From NCBI GenBank assembly GCA_964429995.1, contig CAYSDY010000003.1:49241-113240 (forward strand): DNA of 64,000 nucleotides. Direction: 5' to 3'. The DNA comes from an uncultured Methanosarcinales archaeon (lineage in GTDB: Archaea; Nanobdellota; Nanobdellia; Woesearchaeales; UBA583). Shown piece by piece: positions 1 to 7,143 of the stretch; position 1 is the stretch's first letter; every line of letters starts with the position of its first letter. Under the pieces are notes generated by a model. That model made no database searches, had not been told where the DNA came from, and saw only the letters and a list, made by a program, of their open reading frames with translations. A program made the position numbers and the translations under genes.

Positions 1-771
1 GGCGTTTTAATACTTACAGATAAAAAGAAATATGGTTTTTTTTTACTTATTTTATCAATAGTTATGTATTTTTCTTTTGGCATTGGAAACAGCATAAGAT
101 ATGATGGTTCAGCATATGTTGAGGGTGGATATAACAATATTTCGTTTAATTTTGAAGAGCCAAATAAAATAATATACAAAATAAGTCATTTTGTTGGCAA
201 TGTGAATATCTCAGAAAACATTTATGATAATAAATCAGAAATGACATATTATTCTGCCAGAATTGATAGTGTTAATATTGTAAACAAATCAAAAGATAAA
301 GATGTGGAAATAACAATAAAACAGGATAATTCTGATAATACATATGATGTTTCAAAATATTTTATAGATAGAAAAACATTATTTGATTTTGATTTAAAAC
401 TTAACAAAAATGTCAATACAACACTAATAATAGATTCTGCATTGTCAAATTTATTTATTGATTTTAGAAATCTTAATGTTGATTATGTAGAACTTAATAG
501 TGGATTATCCTCATATACAATATATACTAATGATAATCACGATATCCATATTAATAGTGGTTTTAGTACTTTTAACATGTATTTTAAAGATGATAGAAAA
601 ATTGTAATAGATCTAAAAGATTCTGAATTGATTGATGTAAATTTACCTTTGGATTTTAAGAAAATTGGTAATATTTATTATAATTTTGATAATTATTCAA
701 AAGGAGAAGAAGATATTCTTATAACATTTGAAAGTGGTATTTCAAAAATAAATGGAGGTTATTACAAATGA
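1..771 (+). CDS. hypothetical membrane-anchored protein, 5' end probably outside the window
   Basis: Frame 1 is open from nt 1 (GVLILTDKKKYGFFLLILSIVMYFSFGI, a hydrophobic helix), so the Met at 64 is probably internal. The rest is an Asn/Asp/Ile-rich, beta-type sequence. The stop overlaps the next ATG (ATGA at 768-771). Confidence 0.5.
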   Translation, partial: GVLILTDKKKYGFFLLILSIVMYFSFGIGNSIRYDGSAYVEGGYNNISFNFEEPNKIIYKISHFVGNVNISENIYDNKSEMTYYSARIDSVNIVNKSKDKDVEITIKQDNSDNTYDVSKYFIDRKTLFDFDLKLNKNVNTTLIIDSALSNLFIDFRNLNVDYVELNSGLSSYTIYTNDNHDIHINSGFSTFNMYFKDDRKIVIDLKDSELIDVNLPLDFKKIGNIYYNFDNYSKGEEDILITFESGISKINGGYYK

Positions 772-929
772 AAATAAGATTTTTCCCAATTTTTATAATT
801 ACTTTAGGAATAATTTTTCTTATGCATAATTTGGAAGTTTTAAAATTTAATATACATATAATATTTCCTATAGCTTTAATTGAGTTGGGCATGATTTTGA
901 TGATTAATAGTGTCAATTCAAATAAGTAA
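768..929 (+). CDS. small two-helix membrane protein (53 aa), translationally coupled to the upstream ORF
   Basis: ATGA overlap with the preceding stop. Translation is MKIRFFPIFIITLGIIFLMHNLEVLKFNIHIIFPIALIELGMILMINSVNSNK, with two hydrophobic segments. It is below the length cutoff of the ORF track. Confidence 0.4.
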   Translation: MKIRFFPIFIITLGIIFLMHNLEVLKFNIHIIFPIALIELGMILMINSVNSNK

Positions 930-1104
930 AAAAAATATCTTCAAAAGTCAATAAAATAATCTACTATTTTTGGCAAAATGCCTTTGATATACAGAACAAT
1001 TATTGAAAGATAAATACTTGCTCAGTTAATTTGCTTTGATAGTTTTTGTTTCAAACTTCTTAATACGAACTACTCGATATAAAATATAATAGAAATATTT
1101 AAAG

Positions 1105-1539
1105 ATGATTAATATAGAACCATTAATTAAAGGAGATAAAATTGCACTTATTGCACCATCAGGCAATCCTAAATCTCAAAAAGATATAGAGGAAATATCT
1201 AAACTAATTAGTGAGGCTGGATATTTTGCTGTTCATTCTGATAATATACTAGTACAGGATAATAAAGATAAAATAGAAGATATTGAAAAATATTTTTCAG
1301 ATAAAAGTATAAAAGTAATATTAACTCTTAAAGGAGGATTTTCTTGTAATGAAATTTTGGAAAAAATAAATTATGATGTAATAAAAAATAATCCTAAGAT
1401 TTTTATGGGTTTTTCTGATATTACCAATTTATTAATAGCTTTTTATAAAAAATCAGAATTGAAAACAATTCATGGTCCTATTTTTTCAGAAAAAAAATAT
1501 TTAGATAAAATTTTTGAAATATACAAAAAATGTATTTAA
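1105..1539 (+). pseudogene. LD-carboxypeptidase (peptidase S66, LdcA-like) N-terminal fragment
   Basis: GDKIALIAPSG, GGFSCNE, MGFSDITNLL and IHGP match the S66 N-terminal domain including the nucleophile Ser motif. The C-terminal catalytic His/Glu domain is missing (144 aa, versus roughly 300 aa as I recall for the family). A 24-codon tail continues in another frame (1538-1612). Confidence 0.55.
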
Positions 1540-1670
1540 AACTCGTGAAGAAATGTTTACTCAGTTTGAACCAAGAAAATATATTTTTATAGATGAAAAT
1601 TATATTCAATAAATTGTTGCCCCCTTAAAAAATCGATAGATTTATATATTATAGTCGCCTATAGCATACT

Positions 1671-1889
1671 ATGACAACAACAATACAAATTAGTGATGAA
1701 CTTCGTGATCTTCTTGCCAAAAGAAAATTATATGATAAAGAGACTTATGAGGAAGTTATTTGGGACCTAGTAGAAGATACTATGGAATTATCAGAACAAG
1801 CTATAAAGAATATTCATGAAGCAGAAGAAGATATTAAACATGGTAGAGTTTATACTCATGATGAAATTAAAAAAGAGTTAGGTTTGTAA
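1671..1889 (+). CDS. type II antitoxin (RHH-like N-terminus, RelB-like C-terminal toxin-binding tail)
   Basis: 72 aa. The N-terminus is MTTTIQISDELRDLLAKRK and the C-terminus is EAEEDIKHGRVYTHDEIKKELGL. The stop TAA is directly followed by the toxin ATG. Confidence 0.7.
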   Translation: MTTTIQISDELRDLLAKRKLYDKETYEEVIWDLVEDTMELSEQAIKNIHEAEEDIKHGRVYTHDEIKKELGL

Positions 1890-2141
1890 ATGTACAATTT
1901 AATTTATACTGAAAAGGCAAAGAAGCAACTTAAAAAGTTTGATAGAGATTTGCAAGAAAGAATTCTTCATTCTTTAGAGAGGTGTCGAATTAGACCTCAT
2001 AGTCATGTGAAGAAATTAGTTGGAAATCCTTATTTTAGATTGAGGGTTGGAGAATTAAGAGTAATTGTTGATATTAAAGATAATGAGTTGCGTATTTTAG
2101 TTTTAGAAATGGACCATCGTAAACAAATTTATAAGAAATAA
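1890..2141 (+). CDS. relE: RelE/ParE-family type II toxin (mRNA interferase)
   Basis: 83 aa. YTEKAKKQLKKFDRDLQERI, NPYFRLRVGELRVIVDIKDNELRILVLEMDHRKQIY is the typical RelE/StbE pattern. Confidence 0.8.
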   Translation: MYNLIYTEKAKKQLKKFDRDLQERILHSLERCRIRPHSHVKKLVGNPYFRLRVGELRVIVDIKDNELRILVLEMDHRKQIYKK

Positions 2142-2160
2142 TCGAAAAAAACGGGGGCAA

Positions 2161-2350
2161 AAATTTACTCTCCTTCTTTTCAGTCAGTCGGGGACGTTGC
2201 ACTTTTACTATCGCTCACCCAAACATAACACTGGCTTAAGAGTTCGCCCTCTCTCTCCCAAATTTCTTTCGTTGGTCGAAACTTTCCTAAACCCTGAATG
2301 TTAGTTGCAATTCTGATATTTTTAAATAAATACGGGTTTTGGGTTTTTAA
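2161..2350. repeat. GC-enriched non-coding block related to 6665-6960
   Basis: No ORF. It shares CTCTCCCAAATTTCTT (2253-2268 vs 6808-6823) in direct orientation. It shares AAAAATATCAGAA (2311-2323 vs 6719-6731) and AAAACCC(C)AAA(A)CCC (2334-2348 vs 6679-6692) in inverted orientation. Confidence 0.45.
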
Positions 2351-2369
2351 TGAAATAAATAAAAATTAG

Positions 2370-3152
2370 TCATTTTTTAAGAATAAAAATTTGATAATTT
2401 GCAACTCTATTTATAATAGGAATTTTATCAATTAAAAAACTAATTCTCCTTAATTTATATGAGACTTCAGGACTAATTAAATATTTGTTTTTGTAATTTG
2501 AAGTTTGATATTGAATTGCAGGAATCATACCTAAATAAATTATTTTTTCTATTTTCAAATTATTTTGTTTGAACATATTTTTTAATTCTTTTTTAGAATA
2601 TACTTGAAAAATGCTATTCCCTTGTGGTTTGAACTTAGAATTAATTTTAAGATTTTTTTTAGTTACCCAAGATTTAAACAATCTTTTTATACTAATATTA
2701 TTATCAACAGAAATTATAGAGATTCCTCCTTTCTTTAATACTCTAGAAATTTCGTTTATAGCTAAATCTGGATTTGGATAGTGAACTAATGCAGCAAGAC
2801 AAAAAACATAGTCATAAGTCTCATTGTTGATAGTTGATAAATTTTCAGAATCTATTTTTTTTAATTTTATTTTATTATCTTGCTTTTTTGTTATTTTTAA
2901 CATTTGATTGGATATGTCTGTTCCTAAATATTTTTGAAATAAACTATAAATATTAAGTCCTAATCTACCTTTTCCAATAGATAATTCTAAACCAGCCTTA
3001 GTTTTAATTTTTTTATCTTTGAATAAATATTTCTTAATTATTTCTATTTCTTTAAGATATATATGTTTTAAGTCTCCTTCTGTTGGATCCCACCAATTTG
3101 CTATAGAATTTTCCTTTCTAAAATATTTTTTCACATATTCTGCTTCATTCAT
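2370..3152 (-). CDS. class I SAM-dependent methyltransferase
   Basis: Motif I-like LELSIGKGRLG, then YDYVFCLAALVHYPNPDLAINEISRVLKKGGISIISV (Methyltransf_11-like). The start is set at the ATG that overlaps the Nudix stop (ATGA at 3149-3152), not at the upstream start at 3206. Confidence 0.8.
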   Translation of the reverse strand: MNEAEYVKKYFRKENSIANWWDPTEGDLKHIYLKEIEIIKKYLFKDKKIKTKAGLELSIGKGRLGLNIYSLFQKYLGTDISNQMLKITKKQDNKIKLKKIDSENLSTINNETYDYVFCLAALVHYPNPDLAINEISRVLKKGGISIISVDNNISIKRLFKSWVTKKNLKINSKFKPQGNSIFQVYSKKELKNMFKQNNLKIEKIIYLGMIPAIQYQTSNYKNKYLISPEVSYKLRRISFLIDKIPIINRVANYQIFILKK

Positions 3153-3649
3153 TTTAATTTTTTTAATGTAGAATATAAAATTTCTTTGCCAATTATTTTT
3201 GTCCAAGGAATAAACTTTAAAAAAATTTCAGGTTTAACAAAAATTCTATCTAATATTATTCCTTTATCTGGGTCAATAGTTTGCTTTTTTATATTCTTAA
3301 TTTTTGCTAAAAATCTTAATTGATGAAAGATTTCCCCCTCATTTTTATTGGGATTATTTGGGAAATTAACTTCTATAACTCCAAGTAATGAAATAATTTC
3401 AATATCACAAGAAGCTTCTTCATCAACTTCCCTAATTAATGTTTCTTCAACAGTTTCGTCTCCTTCAGGAGTTCCTCCAGGTAGACTCCAAGTATTTTTC
3501 TTAGGATTTTTAATTAATAGAATCTCTCCTAAATCATTAATACATATTGCTGAAACTTGTCTAATATTATCAAATTTTTTATAATCCTCTGTTTCAATCC
3601 AATAACTAATATATTCTTGTTCATTCCAAATTCCTTTTTCAAAAACCAT
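3149..3649 (-). CDS. NUDIX hydrolase
   Basis: Nudix box GGTPEGDETVEETLIREVDEEAS (GX5EX7REUXEEXGU). Confidence 0.85.
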   Translation of the reverse strand: MVFEKGIWNEQEYISYWIETEDYKKFDNIRQVSAICINDLGEILLIKNPKKNTWSLPGGTPEGDETVEETLIREVDEEASCDIEIISLLGVIEVNFPNNPNKNEGEIFHQLRFLAKIKNIKKQTIDPDKGIILDRIFVKPEIFLKFIPWTKIIGKEILYSTLKKLK

Positions 3650-3698
3650 AAAATAAATATATTGAAATTTAAAACTTTAAGAATGTATCGATGTTCTT

Positions 3699-4978
3699 GG
3701 CATTGGGACAAAATTATTTAACACCTCCCAACCAAAATAGATTGTGCCAAATTAATTTTGTAAATATTGCAGTATCTACTCTGTCTATTCTCTTTTGTAA
3801 AATTTTCCAACCAAATCTTCTTTTATCTTCAAAAAAGCCACTTTCAGAATTATTTCTTAGAAAATATTCTGAAAGATAGTTGTGTATTTAAACAAAAACC
3901 TTTAAGCATATTATGCAAATTAAACAACCTTTAATTGTTGCATTAGATTTTGGAATTAAATAGAACTTAATTCCAGCTAAAGATTCACTTAGGTTTTTAA
4001 CAAAAATTTGTTTACTATAATATCTATCTAATCTAATATCTTCTATTGATATCTTTAGTTCTAAAGCCATTTGAATAGCTTTATCATAAGCTTTTTGTTC
4101 ACTTTTAAAACTTGTTCCATAAGCTAAATATAATCTACTTTTAATGTCCATTAATTTAAAAGCATATACAAAACATTGTTTTCTTTTTTTAGTTTTTACT
4201 TCTTGACCTCTAGCTTCTTTAACATTGTCTTTTGATTTTTGAGCTTCAGAGGCATAATGTTTAGAAATTATTAAAGAATAACCTGTTCAATCACCACAAG
4301 CAGATATTTTAGTTAAACTAATCTTTGTCATAAACAAAGATTGCATATTATGCAAAATCAAAAATACTTCATCATCAGAATAAAGTCTTTCAATTGTTTT
4401 ATAACTAATATAAACTCCAGTTAATGCCTCAAATAAAAGACATAGTAAAGACATTTCTCTATTACTTTTACCAATTAATTGTTTAAGTAAAAGTAATATT
4501 ACTTTTTGTTTTAATGATAATTTAGGTTTACATCCTCGTGTTTCAGTTTTAGTAATTGAAAGTTTTTCAATTGCTTTATCAATATAATGCCCATAACCTA
4601 AGATTGCATACCTTATCCTATGATGAAGTTCTTCTTCATAAGTTTTCCAATTTCGTTTATTATCTCTCAAATTAAATTCTTTATAAAAATTAATTTGAGA
4701 ATTTAATGTCAAAATTACCTTTTTTAATTTTTTATTTGTTATCATAATATATTATGTACCGAAAAGTTATAAGTGTTTACAGGTATATACTAGTATTGTT
4801 AGAAAAATAACTGCTGAAATAAATGGTAAACTTAACATCCAAGAGGATTTAGAGGAAATTTTTGAAAGAAGAGTTACTCCATATGGAAATGGTGCTAAAA
4901 TAGATGGCAAAAAAAATATATTGGAAAGAGGGACAATTGTTATAATCCTAAAGGATTAAACTTTTCTGTCCCAATGCC
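3699..4978 (-). mobile_element. decayed insertion sequence (DDE transposase type, IS4/IS5-like)
   Basis: Terminal inverted repeats are GGCATTGGGACAAAA (3699-3713) and TTCTGTCCCAATGCC (4964-4978), 14/15 match. They enclose a single transposase reading frame. No clear target-site duplication was seen. Confidence 0.7.
3714..4745 (-). pseudogene. DDE transposase interrupted by two in-frame stop codons
   Basis: One continuous frame of 344 codons carries an in-frame TGA (4287-4289, inside ACGD*TGYS where D-G-T-G-Y-S is expected) and an in-frame TAA (3888-3890). It contains LDRYYS (second Asp motif) and a C-terminal RRFGWKILQKRIDRVDTAIFTKLIWHNL tail. There are no frameshifts. Confidence 0.7.
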
Positions 4979-4986
4979 ATTATTCT

Positions 4987-5967
4987 TTATTTTTTTTTAT
5001 AGTACCAAAGTTCTTCAGGACACTTTTCCTTAGTTAAATTGAATATTAATTTTTCTAAATATCTAATAGTAGAAAATATATAAAAAAATATTCTGTCTAT
5101 AATTCTCAGTTCATTAATATAATCCCAATCAAGTGTTAATTGAGATTTTTTTCTAATTTCTTTAAATTCAGGATAATTCTTTTCTAAATTTTTCAAATCA
5201 AAATATATTCTTTTATAAGCTTTGTAATGATTTATTATAGATGTGTGGGGTATGAAATATACAATAGAATCATACCTAATCCTGATTCGATTTATTCCAT
5301 AATTATAAATTATGTAATCTGGGAGATAAGAATCATCACCCACAATTCCTGCTTTTTTAGGTTTATTCCAATATCTTTTAGATTTTAATACAAATAATCT
5401 TCCATGAAAAAAAACTTTTGATTTTGATTCATGATTTGGATTAGTATTTATACTTTGAGGATTATCTACTGCAAGTTTATGATGATTTGTAACATCAAAT
5501 TTGCTTATTTCTGCCTGAGGGAATCTTGAACGAATATTTAATACCCTATCTAAAAATATTTTCCAAATATTTAGTCCTTGATATTTTTTAGCAATAGGAA
5601 AAGCTCCAACAGCAATTAATTCTTTATTATTATTTAATTCATCTAATATTATTTTTATAACATTATTTTTTAATTCGATGTCTGAGTCCATAAAGATTAT
5701 TGGATAATTATCATTTATTTTACTTATAATCTTTTCTTGAGCATTAAGTTTTCCTTTTTCTGATTTAATTATGACAATATTAAGATTTGGAAACAAATCT
5801 TTTGTTTTTTTTGCGATATTTTCACTATCATCTTCACACCCATTTAAACAAAGATAAGTTTTAACAGTTATATCCAATTTTTGTATTTCATTATTTAATG
5901 ATATAATACATTTTTCTAAGTTTTTTTCTTCATTATAAATAGGTATTGCTATTGATATCTTCTTCAT
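4987..5967 (-). CDS. glycosyltransferase family 2
   Basis: ISIAIPIYNEEKNLEKCI, CEDDSENIA and FMDSDIEL are GT-A fold DXD-type motifs. Confidence 0.8.
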   Translation of the reverse strand: MKKISIAIPIYNEEKNLEKCIISLNNEIQKLDITVKTYLCLNGCEDDSENIAKKTKDLFPNLNIVIIKSEKGKLNAQEKIISKINDNYPIIFMDSDIELKNNVIKIILDELNNNKELIAVGAFPIAKKYQGLNIWKIFLDRVLNIRSRFPQAEISKFDVTNHHKLAVDNPQSINTNPNHESKSKVFFHGRLFVLKSKRYWNKPKKAGIVGDDSYLPDYIIYNYGINRIRIRYDSIVYFIPHTSIINHYKAYKRIYFDLKNLEKNYPEFKEIRKKSQLTLDWDYINELRIIDRIFFYIFSTIRYLEKLIFNLTKEKCPEELWYYKKK

Positions 5968-6053
5968 TATATATTTAGAATTTTTTTAATTTAATAGTTT
6001 TTCTATTAATAAGTAATGAATACTTTTTTTAATTAATCATTCTTTCATAAATT

Positions 6054-6644
6054 ATGAGTAGAATTTTCGTTTTTGAAGGTTTAGACCTATCAGGGAAATC
6101 AAAGGCTATTGAGATTTTAGATTATAAATTAAGAGAATTAAATTATAATGTAGGTACAAATAAAGGTGCATTGTGTACAAATGATATTCTAAAAGGTCAA
6201 ATCGAAAATTCCATGAGTAGATTTGAAAAAGATTTATATTACACTTATTTATTAACGCAAGATAAATGGTTGCCAATAAAAAAAGAAAATCAGATAATAC
6301 TGCAGGATAGATATTATCCCTCAGTTATGTTTTATGGTTTGTTATATTCTTCTTCTAAAAGTTTAATTAATAGGTTACCTTTATATACATTTAGAGAAGT
6401 TGAGAATTTTTTTTATTTTAGATGTTCTTTTGAAGAAAGGCTTAGGAGATATAATAAAAGAGAATTAAATGGTAATGATGATAGTCTTTCCTTACAAACA
6501 AAAGATGAACATAAAAGAAGAATGGAACTGTTTGATCAAATAATGCAAAAAGTACAATTAGAATTTGAAAATGTTATATCAATAGATACAACTAAAAAAA
6601 AACCAGAAGAATTAGCTTCAGATATAATTCCATACATTATTTAA
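6054..6644 (+). CDS. thymidylate kinase-like P-loop nucleotide kinase
   Basis: P-loop FEGLDLSGKSK near the N-terminus and LQDRYYPSVMFYG (DRY/F..S..aY motif of dTMP kinases). The sequence is divergent. Confidence 0.55.
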   Translation: MSRIFVFEGLDLSGKSKAIEILDYKLRELNYNVGTNKGALCTNDILKGQIENSMSRFEKDLYYTYLLTQDKWLPIKKENQIILQDRYYPSVMFYGLLYSSSKSLINRLPLYTFREVENFFYFRCSFEERLRRYNKRELNGNDDSLSLQTKDEHKRRMELFDQIMQKVQLEFENVISIDTTKKKPEELASDIIPYII

Positions 6645-6664
6645 AATTAATTTTCAAATATTTC

Positions 6665-6960
6665 AAATTGGCTATCGCAAAACCCCAAACCCTTTTTAGT
6701 TACTCTCACTTCGTTCGTAAAAATATCAGAACTAGCGGTCGTTTTACCCCTATTCGCTCTTTCAGAGCTCCTAACTAACACCGAATATATGGTTCTGACT
6801 TGCAGTACTCTCCCAAATTTCTTCCGTTTTGCTACAGAAACTTCATATATTCGTGAATGTTAAAACCCTAGTATGACTGCTCGTTTCACTGTTCGTTTTA
6901 AAAACAGCCTTATCTGAACATCCACTTCTTAACATCCGCAGGATGAACGGAACGTTTTTT
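6665..6960. other. GC-enriched non-coding block with internal inverted repeat (possible structured RNA or element remnant)
   Basis: No ORF in any frame. CGAATATATG (6782-6791) pairs with CATATATTCG (6844-6853), and TAACA (6776-6780) with TGTTA (6858-6862). The stem encloses CTCTCCCAAATTTCTT, which is shared with 2253-2268. A small hairpin CATCC-GCA-GGATG (6933-6945) precedes a T-run. Confidence 0.35.
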
Positions 6961-6968
6961 TAAAAAAA

Positions 6969-6976
6969 TTTATAAA
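6969..6976 (+). promoter_or_regulatory. TATA box for tRNA-Val
   Basis: TTTATAAA begins 35 nt upstream of the mature tRNA 5' end. The spacing is the same as for tRNA-Thr. Confidence 0.5.
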
Positions 6977-7003
6977 TCTTGTAATGTTTTAAATTACTGT
7001 TGT

Positions 7004-7076
7004 GAGGTTATGGTCTAGTGGCTATGACATTGCCCTGACTTGGCAAAGATCGCCAGTTCAAATCTGGCTAACCTCA
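7004..7076 (+). tRNA. tRNA-Val (anticodon GAC)
   Basis: Manual cloverleaf: acceptor GAGGUUA/UAACCUC, D arm GUCU-AGUGGCUA-UGAC, anticodon arm UUGCC-CUGACUU-GGCAA, variable AGAUC, T arm GCCAG-UUCAAAU-CUGGC, discriminator A. Confidence 0.8.
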
Positions 7077-7143
7077 TATATTTTTAATTGTTAATTTTGT
7101 TTAGCAAACATTTTTAAACATGTTTTTTTTAGTAATTTTATAA

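Larger units (their letters stand above)
1611..2166. repeat. inverted-repeat-bounded toxin-antitoxin cassette
   Basis: AAATTGTTGCCCCC (1611-1624) and GGGGGCAAAAATTT (2153-2166) form a 13/14 inverted repeat that brackets exactly the two TA genes. G5/C5 cores are rare in this AT-rich sequence. Confidence 0.5.

Noticed and set aside
719-916. Minus-strand ORF of 65 aa overlapping the end of the first gene and the small membrane ORF.
   Set aside because: It is antisense to two plus-strand ORFs that are ATGA-coupled. It has no promoter-like box or recognisable motif.
3348-3879. ORFs 3348..3584 (+), 3529..3711 (-) and 3691..3879 (+).
   Set aside because: The first is antisense to the Nudix gene. 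The second is an out-of-frame, same-strand overlap of the Nudix 5' end. The third lies antisense to the C-terminal part of the transposase frame inside the IS element.
4287-4289. Possibility that the in-frame TGA in the transposase is recoded (Gly or Trp), as in some alternative genetic codes.
   Set aside because: TGA functions as a stop in several tightly coupled gene pairs here (ATGA overlaps at 768-771, 3149-3152, 16947-16950 and 51837-51840). The same transposase also carries an in-frame TAA. Simple decay is the economical explanation.
4798-4959. Plus-strand frame inside the IS upstream region translating to ..EIFERRVTPYGNGAKIDGKKNILERGTIVIILKD*, vaguely AbrB/SpoVT-like.
   Set aside because: There is no ATG/GTG/TTG start in a sensible position, and the similarity is only impressionistic.
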